Shown one piece after another: positions 21,680-33,408 of a stretch of 64,000 bases of DNA (position 1 is its first letter; every line of letters starts with the position of its first letter). Made by a program: the position numbers and the translations under genes. The stretch covers positions 58,925 to 122,924 of the forward strand of contig CAWDPO010000019.1 of NCBI GenBank assembly GCA_963804165.1. The letters run 5' to 3'. The stretch is from an uncultured delta proteobacterium. GTDB taxonomy: Bacteria > Desulfobacterota > Binatia > UBA9968. The notes under the pieces were generated by a model, which searched no databases, was not told where the DNA came from, and was given only the letters and a program-made list of their open reading frames with translations.

Positions 21680-22105
21680 ATGAGTAAGTGGATTTGGCTG
21701 TTAACTCCGTTGATTTTCGCTGCGACCGTCAACGGTTGCCGGGAAAATGCCGAATCCTTTTTTTCCGGACGGCCATCGGGAATGGCTATGACGCATAACC
21801 GTGTGCTCGATGGCTCAGTCGAATCGATGGTGGAATTGCTGAGAATCCCACAACGTTTCCCGGACGCGAACGAATCACACAAGTTGAACTGGCAGGAGTC
21901 GGCGATCGCCTGGTGGCGCTCGGGGACCGGGCACGGGGCATTTCTTGCAGCTCTACCGAAGTTAACAGAGCAAGAATTTCAGAGCCTCGAGAACTGGGTG
22001 GCAACACGAGACGACTCAAGGACACAGCAGAAATCCGCGACTTTGGATGAGATCAAAGTTGCGATAAGCGCAGTGCGTGCGCGCGGGGTCGGTGCTGGTG
22101 GCTGA
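21680..22105 (+). CDS. Hypothetical lipoprotein
   Basis: Signal peptide with lipobox-like VNGC; AT-rich upstream region. Confidence 0.6.
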   Translation: MSKWIWLLTPLIFAATVNGCRENAESFFSGRPSGMAMTHNRVLDGSVESMVELLRIPQRFPDANESHKLNWQESAIAWWRSGTGHGAFLAALPKLTEQEFQSLENWVATRDDSRTQQKSATLDEIKVAISAVRARGVGAGG

Positions 22106-22421
22106 TGCGCTTACAGGAACACGGCCGTAACGAGCCGCTCAATCGGATCACAGAATTCGCCGACTCCGGCCCGCGAGGCCAGGGAAGACGTAATCGAAAT
22201 CATGCCAATCCATGTCGTGTGGCCCTTGAAATTCATATTCTTCGACGACCTGGAATCTCCTGAAACCCGTTGTTCAGTCGCGGGATCTCAGCAACGTTTG
22301 CAAGGCACGGGTCCCTGTAGAAGCAGTTGGCGTAACGTTGCTAAGAGTGGTTATGTGCAGAGGTTTCGCGTTCTATACGAAGCTAGACAGTTCTGGTTAG
22401 ATGATACTGGGGGGCGCTACC

Positions 22422-22835
22422 ATGACAATTCGAAGCTTTGATCATGTTGCGATACCGATTCAGAATACCGATGCCATGCTAACTTTCTACCGCGCGCTTG
22501 GATTCGGCGTGAATGAAAGGGAGCAGTTTTATTCGGTCCATTTCGGCGATCAGAAGATCAATTTTCACGGCCCCGAGAGATGGCAAAGCGGACGGTTCAC
22601 ATTGCGCGGCCCGACCGCCGTGCCCGGCTGTGGCGACTTCTGTTTCGTGTGGGAAGGTTCAGCCGAGTCGTTGCGAACGATGCTCGATCAGGCGGGCGCC
22701 AAGGTTATTGAAGGTCCGGTGGAACGTATGGGCGGGCGGAACAACGGTCGCGCCAAGGGCACAAGCCTCTACGTGCGCGATCCCGACTCCAATCTCCTAG
22801 AGTTTATGATCTACTCGGGCGGCAGCTCCGTCTAA
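22422..22835 (+). CDS. VOC/glyoxalase family protein
   Basis: Motifs FDHVAI, FYRALG, DFCF, GPVERMG, SLYVRDPDSNLLEF. Confidence 0.92.
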   Translation: MTIRSFDHVAIPIQNTDAMLTFYRALGFGVNEREQFYSVHFGDQKINFHGPERWQSGRFTLRGPTAVPGCGDFCFVWEGSAESLRTMLDQAGAKVIEGPVERMGGRNNGRAKGTSLYVRDPDSNLLEFMIYSGGSSV

Positions 22836-23070
22836 ACATCACGCTAGAGCGGAAACGCGTCGCTCTACTCCTGCGGAAATCGCCCGCGTCCATTTGCACA
22901 GTTTGCCGGAGTTTACTTTGATCGCAGATATATGCCGAAATTGTCGCGAAGGATATTCGGCTAAAGTTATCAAAACACGGAATAAGATGAACCGACAGAT
23001 CAAACATAGCGCAATCCGTCCTATAGGAGATGCGCCCATTGAGCTATGAACCTGAGCAGGAGACCGAATC

Positions 23071-24233
23071 ATGAAACATAGCACAGATCACATTCTCACT
23101 ACTCACTGCGGCAGTTTGGCACGGCCAAAGGATCTACTCGATCTCTTGAAAGCCAAGCTGAACAACGAACCATACGATCACAGAACCTACGACGAGCGTG
23201 TTCAAATCGCGGTGTCAGACGTTGTCCGCAAGCAGGTCGAGAGCGGCATCGACGTCGTCACTGACGGCGAGCAAGGCAAACCTGGGTTCTTTGCTTACGT
23301 GCGCGAGCGGCTTGCCGGCTTTGAAGCGAAGACGCCGCCGGTTGGTGGTTGGAAGCAGTGGGCCGCGGAAGTGGCGGCGTTTCCTGAATATTACGAAAAT
23401 TATTTTAAGCGGCGCATGATGGGCGGCAGCATCGCACCGCGCGCGCCGATGGTGTGCACCGGTCCGATCAGCTATCGCGGTCAAGACGCGCTTCAAAAAG
23501 ACATTAGAAATCTCAAAGCTGCGCTCATGGGATTAAAAGCCGCGGACGCCTTCATGCCGGCTGTGGCGCCGAGCGGAGTCGGAAAAAACGAGTATTACCG
23601 GAGCGACGAAGAGTATTTGCAAGCGGTCGGCGACGCGCTGCGGGTTGAATACCAGGCGATCGTTGACGCCGGCTTCATCCTGCAGATCGATGACCCATGG
23701 CTCACGGAAGTGCATAGCCAGGATCCATCGTTGAGCTTCGCCGAACGACGCAAGTTGGCGGAGAGATCCATCGAGGCGCTGAATCATGCGATTCGTGACA
23801 TCCCGCCTGACAAGATCCGTTTTCACACTTGCTACGGTATCAACGAAGGACCGCGGGTGCACGACGCGCCGCTGAAAGACATCGTGGATCTCATTTTAAA
23901 AGTAAACGCCGGCGCCTACGCGTTCGAAGCCGCAAATGCGCGCCACGAGCACGAGTACCACGTCTGGGAAACTTCGAAGCTGCCGGAAGGCAAGGTGCTC
24001 ATCCCTGGAGTCATTACCCATGCGAGCAATATCGTCGAACATCCGGAGCTCATCGCCGAGCGAATCATGCGCTACGCCAAACTTGTCGGCCGCGAGAACG
24101 TGATCGCCGGAAGCGATTGCGGCTTTTCGTCTCAGGCGATTACAACCCCGAAGTTCACCCGAGTGTGGTATGGGCGAAATTCCAAGCCATGGCCGAAGGC
24201 TGCCGCCTGGCGACGCAGCGGCTCTGGCGGTAA
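23071..24233 (+). CDS. Cobalamin-independent methionine synthase II-family protein (frameshift near 24135)
   Basis: ILTTHCGSLARP, TDGEQGK, Zn ligand motifs RFHTCYG, FEAA and SDCGF; C-terminus VHPSVVWAKF in another frame. Confidence 0.88.
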
Positions 24234-24323
24234 GTGCGCCGCCGGTCCTGAATCACTTCGTCGACAGCAAGCCGTGGTGTTTGCCGTCTTGCGCGTGCGG
24301 ATCCAGATGAAATAATCGAAATC

Positions 24324-24712
24324 ATGGCGATTCGCATCGTACGCCTCGGAACCGCCCGTCATTCAAAGGAGGGGGTGCGCATTGGCACCGTGCCCGCCCA
24401 CCGCGTGGCGTGCGCAAAGCCGATTATGCGCGTCGTAACTATTTCGATGTGTGGTTGCCGGAGTTGGCGCCGAGCGCCCCGCTGGTATCGTACGCGCTTT
24501 CTGAGCCGTTCACGCCGAAGCGCTGGGCCCTCTACGCACGGCGGTATCGGCGCGAGATGGCTCAGCCCGCTGCCAAGCGCGTCATCGCACTACTGGCCGA
24601 ACTATCGCGTCAGACCAACTTTTCGGTAGGCTGCTACTGCGAAGATGAGACCCACTGTCATCGGTCAGTGTTAAAAAAACTCTTGATCGAGCACGGCGCA
24701 CAAATTGCGTAG
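24324..24712 (+). CDS. DUF488 (YeaO-like) protein (frameshift)
   Basis: EGVRIGTV, DVWLPELAPS, GCYCEDETHCHRSVL. Confidence 0.85.
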
Positions 24713-24745
24713 CGTGCTTCAGCCGTGCAAATCGTTCTAGATGAA

Positions 24746-24805
24746 GGGGCGACCGCCGGTCGCCCCTACGGTCAGAAAAAAGAGGCACGGCATACCGTGC
24801 CCCAC
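24746..24805 (-). repeat. Two GTAG-type REP palindromes
   Basis: Reverse complement reads GTGGGGCACGGTATGCCGTGCC and GTAGGGGCGACCGGCGGTCGCCCC; located between convergent genes. Confidence 0.75.
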
Positions 24806-24933
24806 TGTAGTACAAACCAGAATCCATCGCTCAGTCGTGAGTCCGCCTCGAACCCTATCACGACAAGCCGTGCTGCAAAACTCAATGAGTCTGGATATTC
24901 TTCGCCCACTCGCGCTGTGTATCGTCGCCACGC

Positions 24934-26498
24934 TCAGACAAAGAGATGCTTCACGTGTTCGGCCAGACGAAGCGAGAGGGCCACGATGGTGAGGGTCGGA
25001 TTCGCCGCACCCGAGGTGGGAAACACGGAACTCCCCACCACGTACAGATTGGCGATCCCATGGACCCGCCCGTCTGGATCGACGACCCCACGGCGAGGAT
25101 CAGAATGCATGCGGGTTGTGCCCATGTGGTGACGGGCCCCCCGCAAGCCCGACGGCCACGGATCATCTTCCCTGCCAAGCGAACTCTGCAGGCGGCCGAT
25201 CCCGGCTCGCCGTAACTCCTCGCCCAAGATTTCGTGTGCCCGGTGCGCGGTGTGCTTGTCGATGGCGCTTAGGCTGCCACCGTAGCACGACACGCGGAGA
25301 GCCAAGGCTGTCCCGGTCGTGGCCGAGCACGACCCGGCTTTCCGGGTTCGGCGCCTGCTCCATGACGTTTTTCACGAGGTAGAATCGCAGCAGCCGCTTG
25401 CCCCCGTCGATCTTCAAGCGCGCGGTCGCCACAACGCCGATGTGCCCTATGATATTTCGCAAATGAGCCAGCGCCTCAGTGGGTATCCGTCTCTGGCGAA
25501 ACGTTCCTATAAACGATCGGCAGTCGCAAAGGCCTCACGCAGCGATTCTTCATCGAGAACGGCGCAATAGTTTGTCAATCGCTCCCGTCGTCGGAGATCG
25601 GGATTCAGTCCCAGTATACCCCGCACCCATCGACCTTCGGACTGCCGCCCGAAGGTGTAGAAATCGCTGATGCTTCCGTCGCGAGCTCGAACGGTGGCAG
25701 CGCGATCAAGATACACATGCTCCATGAAATAGCGACCGACTAAGTCGTATGTGTTTCCAAGCCCAGCCGACTGCACCTTATTCGCCATCAGCAGGAGCCG
25801 AGCATTTTCGATCCCCCCGGCGGCAAGTATGAAAACGCGGGCTGCAACCCGAAACCTGTTTCCTGACAAACATGCGACTTTGACCGCGGTAACTCGGGCC
25901 GGAGGTGTTGGGGTCTCCAGATCGACGACATTCGCTCCCAGGTACGTGTCGACATTGGTCGCCTGCGCGATTCTTCCCGATAGACTTCGCCGAAACGAGT
26001 GGGAGGGCTGTAATGGAAGGCGTGAGTGCAAACACTCTCGCTTTGAAAGGCGATGGGTCGCACACCGCGCTCGCGCCAATCGGCGACGCTGTAGGCGAAC
26101 GGCCCGAGCTGGCAAAGGGCTTGTGCCTTCTCGTAAAACGGAAGAAGGTGAGCGAAGTCGAAGGGCCAGCCGCTGTCGGAAACCCAATCGCGTTGCTCGA
26201 AGTCCTGCGCGTCAAGCGGTCGGCATTCGCCAGTCCATTCGTTGGTCGAGCCACCGAAATAGCGGGTCCGGGTACGAACCGACCCCAGGGGGAAATACGA
26301 CCTTGCTTTTACCTCGCCGGCGTAGAGTGACTGGGTTGCCTCATCGGGACTAAGCCAACCGCTCTCGAGAAGGGTCACGCGCAAAGGCAAGGCCCGGAGA
26401 TCACGGGCAATGGTGATACCCGCCGCCCCGGCGCCAACAATGCAAACGTCGGACTCGATCAGTGATCCGTCGGGAAGAGCGCGCGAGTCGACAAACAT
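24934..26498 (-). CDS. GMC-family FAD oxidoreductase (several frameshifts)
   Basis: DVCIVGAGAAG, LAAGGIENARLLL, VGRYFMEH, HHMGTTRM, ANPTLTIVAL. Confidence 0.9.
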
Positions 26499-26552
26499 CG
26501 AGAATGAAATGTCGATTTGACAGTTGGCTATGGTCGCTCGCTTGTTGGCTTC

Positions 26553-27567
26553 CTAATCCAACCACATGAGCTTCGCCGGATTATCCTGCAACATCAGCTT
26601 AACTTCTTCCGGCCTGATGCCGAATCCCAACAACGCGCGAATGAAGACGCGCATGCCGTCGACGGCATCCATGTGCAGCACCTGACCAAAGTCGCTGCCG
26701 ATAATGCAACGGTCCGGACCGATTTCTTTGATGGTGCGAATGGTTTCCATCGGATCCGCGACTGGCTGATATAAGCTTGGAATCATCGGCTGGCAGTAAG
26801 TGCCGACGTAAACACCGAGGTCCCGCAGCTGCTTCATTTCGTCGAGCAAGAGCTTGTTTAATTCAAGCAGCGGATGATCGAGCGTGGCGCGGACGCCGAT
26901 TTCTTTTGCGAGTCTTGCCAGCGGCAACAATTCCTGAAAATCCGTGTGCCCGAAGCCGATACCGACTTTATTCTCCGCCGCCATTTCCATGATCGCTTTC
27001 ACTTCCGGCAGAACTTTGCCGTCCTCGCCGCAGAGGCGCACGCCTTCATGATCCGGGTGACCGGCACTGCGCCAGAATCCGTAGGAAGTAAACGATGGGA
27101 ACCATATCATTTTGAAATTTGGATACTGCAGTCCGACGCGCACATAATCCGGCCGCATGCCGAAACAGATCCCGACGCCGCCATAGACTTCGACGCGATG
27201 GGTGAATTCGCCTCTCGCGATCATATCGTCGATGTGGCGTTGGGTCAGATAAGCGGAAGTTGCGCTAATATTCCAATGATCTTTGAACGCGATGGCGCGC
27301 ATGCCGCATCTTCGACGCCTCGATGGCGATCTGAATCATGTCCTGCGAGCGATGCACGAAGTCCGGAAAGGCATGGATATGGCAATCGATCGCGCCCTGA
27401 AGCAATTCGTTTTCGATCCCGGGATAAATCTTGAGCATCTCCGGGTTGTCTTTGAGCATCTGATAAAAATAATCTTTGGCGTTGAGCTCGCGCACCCGCG
27501 CGACGCTCAAGGTTCGGCCGACCATCAATTCCTCGGCGGCTTTCGCATCTGCGGCAAAATCACACAT
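26553..27567 (-). CDS. DUF6282-like metal-dependent hydrolase (frameshift near 27300)
   Basis: GAIDCHIHAFPD, IAFKDH, GFGH, LDHP, SDFGQ. Confidence 0.78.
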
Positions 27568-27592
27568 AAAAATCTCCCTTCGGTCGTTTTTA

Positions 27593-27680
27593 GTTCAAAG
27601 TTCCAGGTTCAATGTTCAACGTTGAGATCAGTCAAGCGGTTTTCAGTCTGACTTTGAACCTTGAACGTTGAACCTTGAAC
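27593..27680. repeat. Inverted pair of heptamer arrays (GTTCAAx / TTGAACx)
   Basis: GTTCAAAGTTCCAGGTTCAATGTTCAACG ... TTTGAACCTTGAACGTTGAACCTTGAAC; related tract at 28718..28748. Confidence 0.75.
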
Positions 27681-27695
27681 GGCGCCTTGCGCGCG

Positions 27696-28698
27696 CTACC
27701 CGCGCCCCCACGCTTCGAGGAAACGCCGCGCATCCTCGACGACCGGCTCGGTGACCGGCACATAGGGAATGACCATGCGGGTCGCCCCGGCTTCTTCGAA
27801 GGCTTTCATCTTTTCTTTAATTTCTTTTACATCGCTCGCGGGCACGACTGGCAGCTTGTCCATGTATTCATCCGTCAACGCGCCCATCGCCGCTTTGAAG
27901 CCGCCTTTTTGAAACGCTTCATGGATCGTGTTGACTTCCTTCTCGAAGCCCATGCCACGCAGCATGTCACTGTAGTGATCGGCGATGTTATAGAAGGTCA
28001 GCACCTGGCGCAGTTTCGCGCGCGCCAGATTTTTGTCCGGATTGAGCGACACGCGCGACTTGGCGATGATCTCGATCTTGCTCGGGTCGCGTCCCGGCTT
28101 CGATCGCGCCTTCGCGCACGCGATCGGCGATTTCTTTGACCTTCGCGGGCGTCGCCATATTGATGAACACGCCGTCGGAAATCTTGCCGACGAGCTTAGT
28201 CATCTGCGGCCCAAGACCGGCAAGATAGACCGGCAGATTGGGATGACTCGGCTTCCAGGAGAGCTGAAAGCGCTTGCCGGTTTGATAAATCTCGCCCTCG
28301 TATTCGACGCGCTCGCCGGCGGCGACTTTGCGCACGATGTCGATATATTCGCGCGCTCTCTTTAACGGCCGGTCAAACACTCCGCCATGCCAGCCGGCGA
28401 TCGCTTTGTTGGCCACGCCGAGTCCGAGCAGCAATCGGCCGCCGGAGAGATCCTGCAGCGTCGCGGATTGAATGCCCAGCGTCACCGGGCTGCGGCCGTA
28501 AATATGATAGATCGCCGTGCCCAGTTTGATCGTCTTCGTCCGGCTCGCTACCGCCGACAGCATGACGATCGGATCGGTGCTGTTCGACTCGCCTTTCCAG
28601 AACGCGCCGAATCCGACCTCCTCCGCGAGTACGACCAACCCCGGCACGTCCGCCGCCGGATAGTGCGCCGCCGAGTTTATCTCCACGTCATAAATCAT
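27696..28698 (-). CDS. LLM-class (luciferase-like) flavin/F420-dependent oxidoreductase (frameshift)
   Basis: AEEVGF, IKLGTAI, LQDLSGGRLLLGLG, PVYLAGLGPQM. Confidence 0.9.
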
Positions 28699-28839
28699 GG
28701 ACGGTTTCCTTCTGCTCGTTGAACTTTTGAACCCTTGAAGCTTGAACGTTCTGTTATGGAATCCCCGAAGTTTTCGGTAAACTAGCCAGCGGTCGGACCT
28801 AAGTCAAATCGTCAACCCATTCGGCGCGGCACGTTGAAC

Positions 28840-29818
28840 TTAAGGCTGCGCCGCCTTCGTCTTTTGCGCCAGCCCATCCAAATCCGCTTTGAGCTTTTGG
28901 CTCGATTCCATAAATCGATCGACAGACGTCGAAGGAACCCACGCGGCATCGAGCGGCTTGACGATGCCGTTAAATTCCATGACGTTCGAGAACTTGCTTC
29001 GATCCGCGTAATCCGAGAGCACGCTCACGCCAATGATCGCCGCGCTCATCGAGGAGGGCCGCCCATAACCGGGAGCGCCGGCGCATGGACGAGGCAAAGC
29101 CGAGATGGCCATAAACCAAAGCCGCCAGGATAAGTCCCGTCCCCAACAGTCCGACAATCCACAGCGCCGGAATAAACGGGAAGAGAAATTCGACCCACTC
29201 GGAGGAGACGTTGAGCGCCGCGAAGCCGACGATCGCGCCGCACGCAATCATCGCATGCTGAGAAAAATGAAAGCGGCTCACGACGATCCGGCTCGCCAAC
29301 GCCCAAAGTCCGGCCCAAACCAGCAGGGTCGAAAAAGTCGTCAACGGTTCGCTGACGACCCTGGCGAAAGTTACGCGCTCGACGATGCCGAGATACGATT
29401 CCAGGCATAGCAGCAGTAAAACCGCGCTGACGATGAACGCGGCAACGTAGGGCGATGCGAAATGAGATTCTTTGACTTCGCGATCGATGACCGTCGGCGC
29501 CAACGGATGCTCGACGCTGCGAAAACGCAGTGACGTGTGGCCGATGCGAAACTGCGCACCGGAGCTCAGCGCTAGAATAGCGACGCGGTCGCTCCGTCCG
29601 CCCGCGTACAATCCATTGACGCTCTCCAGGTCACGCGCGATCAATTCGCCCTGCTCGTTTTGCTCGATGGCAAGATGCGCCGGGCAAACATAGGGGTCGT
29701 CGACGACCACGTGATTGCTGTAGGCGCGGCCGATATTGACGGGCAAGGAGTCGATGCGAACCCGCTCCGTCACGTTGCCTTTCGCATCGAGAATCTCGAT
29801 ATAACCTAACGCCGCCAT
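28840..29818 (-). CDS. FHA-domain membrane protein (frameshift near 29050)
   Basis: FHA motifs IGRAYSN, DPYVCPAH and DLESVNG, followed by several TM helices. Confidence 0.85.
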
Positions 29819-31091
29819 CGAATATTCTCCATGTAGCGCCGGGTCAGGGCCTGAACATTATCGAAGCTCGCGCCGGACAGGCTCAGTGTCGTAACCAAAC
29901 CGACGTTTCTGGCGCCGAGCGTCGCCCCTCTGAACACCGCATCGTACAGTCCGGGCAGTTTCACGTATTGGCGGGCGCACAGCACGGCCTTTGAGCTTGC
30001 CCGTTTGAGTTTGCACGTTGCGGGTCTGGCAGCGAAACGGGGTGACCTCCTCTTCGTTGCCAAACGGCGCGACGTTTCCCGCCTGGACCTGAGCGGAGTA
30101 TAGAGTGAAGAATTGCGCGGGATTCAACTCTGCGGTTGAAATCAATTGATGATAGAAGCGCACGATTCCCGACGATTGCTCGCTCGAAACGAACACATAA
30201 TCGTCGGTCGAGCAATCATGGGTCACGGCCACGTAAGGCACCTCTTTGCGGCGCAGCGCATCGGCCCAACAGCGAAAAAAGTCCGTCGGCTTCGTCGGCA
30301 ACGAATAGGGGCCGAAGGCGACACTCGGAGTTGTCGCCGAAAACATACCCGCCAGATATCGCTCTTGATTGGCATGGATCTGCCGGCCGACTTCGGCGAG
30401 AAAACTACCCGCTGTCGGGCTCTCGACTTTCGCAGTCCTTTCGAGCAACGCCACGGCGCGCGCCGCCGGCACCAGGAAGCTGATCTGTTCGCCTTCCGTC
30501 GCAACATTGACGCCGACAACCTTGCCGGCTTGGGTCAGCGTCGGCCCGCCGCTCATGCCGGGATTGAGCGAGCCGGTAAAATGCACTTTCGGGTAAAGCG
30601 TGTGCTGCAAGAGACCGTTGTAGGTGCCCTCGACAATCGTCAAGCCGAGATCGCGCGGATGGCCGAGAGAGTAGAGCCGTGTCCCCTGCTCGACCGGTTT
30701 GGATTCCAACGTGAGAAAACCCTTGGGGTGGCTATTCGTGCGCAGCACCGCGAGATCGTAAACCACGTCAACACCCAATACCTCCGCCTGACCCGTCAAC
30801 CCCGATGCCCCGGAAACCTCGATGCGATACCTGTCAGGCGAGTGAATCAGCTTCGAGATGACATGGTAGTTGGTAATAATATGACCGCGCGCATTGGCGA
30901 AAAATCCCGTCCCGACGGCGGCCTTCGCCGCCGAACCGGTTTCGACCACTTCGATCTTCACGACGCTCGTGGAAAATTGCTTGAAGATCTCCGGCGCCGT
31001 CGCGCCCAGAGGTTGCGCCGCGGCTGAGCTAGGCAACGCGCGCCGCAACCAGAAGTAAGAGCCAAGCAGTGACAGTTAGAACTTGCGTCAT
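29806..31091 (-). CDS. Trypsin-like (S1C) serine protease with Cys-containing C-terminal domain (frameshifts)
   Basis: Triad motifs ITNYHV, YDLAVL and NPGMSGGP; signal peptide MTQVLTVTAWLLLLVAA in the upstream frame. Confidence 0.88.
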
Positions 31092-31137
31092 AGAGCAAGA
31101 ACAAGAGACCCGGGTTCGTTCGAAGTAACGACAGCGG

Positions 31138-32331
31138 CTAAGAAACGGTTCGAGTGATGCCCTGTGCTTGCAGAGTTTCGATTTGGCCGGTGTCGTAACC
31201 CATTGTTTGGAGGATTTTTTCGGTATGCTCGCCGACGAGCGGCGGCGGCGCAGATCTCGCTTTGGCCAAATTATCGTAGCGCACCGGCCCGCCGACAAAT
31301 GTAAGCGTCCCTGCCTTCGGATGGTCGACTGTTTCCGTAAGAGCGAGATGTTTCACCTGTGGGTCGTCGAGCACTTCGGCGACGTTGTACAGCGGCACCG
31401 CCGGGACATCGTGAGCTTCAAGGATTTTTAACCACTCGTCCCGGGTTTTGCTCTGAAACGTCGGCGCCAATGTCCGTTCGAGCGCCTCGTAATTCTGCCG
31501 GCGTGCCTCTCTGCTTTTAAAGCGTTCATCCGCGACGATGTCCATGCGATCGGCGGCGTTTAAAAGCGCCATCCAAAATTTCTCCGGCACCGAGCAATGA
31601 ATCACCAGTGGCAAACCGTCTTTACAGACGAAGGCGAACGCATGCGCGTTCCTAACTCGCGCCATGCGGTTGGGCACGTTGCCCGTGCGCAAATATCCGG
31701 CCGCGGTCTCGCCGATGAAGGATAAAGTCGCCTGCAGCAGCGAGGTTTCCACCCGACAACCCGCGCCGGATTTTTCCCGCGCCAGGAGCGCGCCGAGGAT
31801 ACCGTAGCCAGCCGACAATCCCGTGACGTAATCGGACACGGCCATGCCCATGACCTTGGGATCATCGGGATCGCTCAACAAGCTCAATAGCCCGCTCATC
31901 GCCTGGCCCAACGTATCGAAACCCGGCTTTTCGGCGTAGGGGCCGGTTTGACCGAAAGCTGAAATCGAACAGTAGACTAGTCTCGGATTGATGCACTTGA
32001 GCGTTTCGTAGCCGATACCCAGCCGGTCGGCGGTGCCGGGTCGGAAATTCTCCACGAAGACGTCGGCGGTTTTTAAAAGGTCCAAGCAGATCTCTTTGCC
32101 CTTTGCCGCCTTTAGATCCAACACCAAACTTTCCTTGTTGCGATTGAGATGGCCGAAGTTGAAACTAAAAAATGTATCCGGCGCAAAATAACGATAGGGA
32201 TCGCCATTGGGCGGCGTCTCGATCTTGATCACCCGCGCGCCGAGGTCGGCCAAAAGCGCCGTGGCATACGGACCGGTGACGAAAGTCGCGCACTCGACGA
32301 TGGTGATGTTGTCGAGAATTTTGACCGGCAT
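31138..32331 (-). CDS. CoA-transferase family III (CaiB/BaiF)
   Basis: LADLGARVIKIE, NRNKES, ADVFVENFRPG, PGFD. Confidence 0.95.
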   Translation of the reverse strand: MPVKILDNITIVECATFVTGPYATALLADLGARVIKIETPPNGDPYRYFAPDTFFSFNFGHLNRNKESLVLDLKAAKGKEICLDLLKTADVFVENFRPGTADRLGIGYETLKCINPRLVYCSISAFGQTGPYAEKPGFDTLGQAMSGLLSLLSDPDDPKVMGMAVSDYVTGLSAGYGILGALLAREKSGAGCRVETSLLQATLSFIGETAAGYLRTGNVPNRMARVRNAHAFAFVCKDGLPLVIHCSVPEKFWMALLNAADRMDIVADERFKSREARRQNYEALERTLAPTFQSKTRDEWLKILEAHDVPAVPLYNVAEVLDDPQVKHLALTETVDHPKAGTLTFVGGPVRYDNLAKARSAPPPLVGEHTEKILQTMGYDTGQIETLQAQGITRTVS

Positions 32332-32386
32332 AAATTACTTTCCGCGCTAATCTTTCACGGAGCTCTTTGCAATGCAAACAACGACT

Positions 32387-32592
32387 CTAGTGTCCTGTCC
32401 CAGAAGTTGGCGACATAATTCTCGCGTCATTCCGTCGGAAAATCTCCCCTTCCCCTCTTTGGCAAAGAGGGGTGAGAATCGCACGGAGAAAATTCCCCCT
32501 TTGAAAAAGGGGGACAAAGGGGGATTTGAGTTCACCTTCAGTGGCTGCCATCGTTTGGACTTTTTAAACGAACTTCTGAGACGCCACACTAG
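32387..32592 (+). mobile_element. MITE copy A with IS630-like ends, CTAG at both borders
   Basis: Imperfect TIR CTAGTGTCCTGTCCCAGAAGTT / AACTTCTGAGACGCCACACTAG; 206 bp; near-identical copy at 36172..36377. Confidence 0.9.
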
Positions 32593-32630
32593 ATAGTCGC
32601 CCACTCCGGCATAATTCTGGCAAGTTCGAC

Positions 32631-32837
32631 ATGGATCTGATATTTTTTTGGTGTGGCTCCAGCAAGAAAATCTCGTCTTTCAAATACGCTCTCTTTCCCC
32701 AATGGCGTCGTCGCCGCCCTTCTCGGGCCAAGTCAAAGATTTTTCGCCGATCTTCGCCGTCAGATAATCTCCAACTCGCCTGTGAACTTTCCGATCTTTG
32801 TTTGGAGCTGCGCCTCGCCGCGCACAAACATCACTGA
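32631..32837 (+). CDS. Small hypothetical protein, possible antitoxin-like partner
   Basis: 68 aa with basic RRSSPSDNLQLACELSDLCLELR segment; overlaps the nucleotidyltransferase gene. Confidence 0.4.
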   Translation: MDLIFFWCGSSKKISSFKYALFPQWRRRRPSRAKSKIFRRSSPSDNLQLACELSDLCLELRLAAHKHH

Positions 32838-33358
32838 AGCTGATCGGCGGTCTCGCCGTCTCCACTTGGGGCGCGGTTAGAGCGACTCAAGATATCGACC
32901 TGCTTGCCGACAGTGACCCAAGCCCCATTGGCGATCGGCGCATGCGTGAAAACCTTGCTAAGTTTTTGGCAAAAAAACGTTGCAAGGTTGAATGGCGGGT
33001 CGGGGATCCTGAAGATCCTATACCGCTGCTATTAAGAGTCGAATTTTCTCGATCAAGCCGTAAACTCTACACGGACATTCTTTGGGCGCACAAACGATGG
33101 CATCAAGAAGCCTTGCGACGACGGTTGGAAGTGTTGTTGGGAAAATCCCGTGTGTTTGTGCTCCATCCGGAAGATCTGATTCTGCTGAAGCTCGACGCGG
33201 GTGGGCCACAGGATCTTCTCGACGTGCAGGCGTTACTTGCTTCCAAACCGCCCAAGTTGGATATCGATAGGCTTCAACGAAGCGCCGCGCGGATTCGTCT
33301 GCAAAAATTACTCGACAGTTGCCTGCAGGACATACCGGGAAAATTGCGCACCCGATAG
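32798..33358 (+). CDS. Pol-beta-superfamily nucleotidyltransferase (AbiEii/DUF6036-like); N-terminus looks truncated
   Basis: LIGGLAVSTWG, RATQDIDLL, PEDLILLKL, PQDLLDV. Confidence 0.8.
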   Translation: MFGAAPRRAQTSLKLIGGLAVSTWGAVRATQDIDLLADSDPSPIGDRRMRENLAKFLAKKRCKVEWRVGDPEDPIPLLLRVEFSRSSRKLYTDILWAHKRWHQEALRRRLEVLLGKSRVFVLHPEDLILLKLDAGGPQDLLDVQALLASKPPKLDIDRLQRSAARIRLQKLLDSCLQDIPGKLRTR

Positions 33359-33408
33359 CGGACCAAGTTTTCAATTGTTCCGATTTCTTCGGGCCGCTAC
33401 CAGCCCCC

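Noticed and set aside
22840-23070. Riboswitch upstream of the methionine synthase II-like gene
   Set aside because: No SAM, SAH or cobalamin riboswitch consensus recognised by eye; an Infernal/Rfam scan would settle it
32347-32604. Repeated short ORFs (also 36138..36450 and the N-terminal extension 63484..63612)
   Set aside because: They are translations of the non-coding MITE
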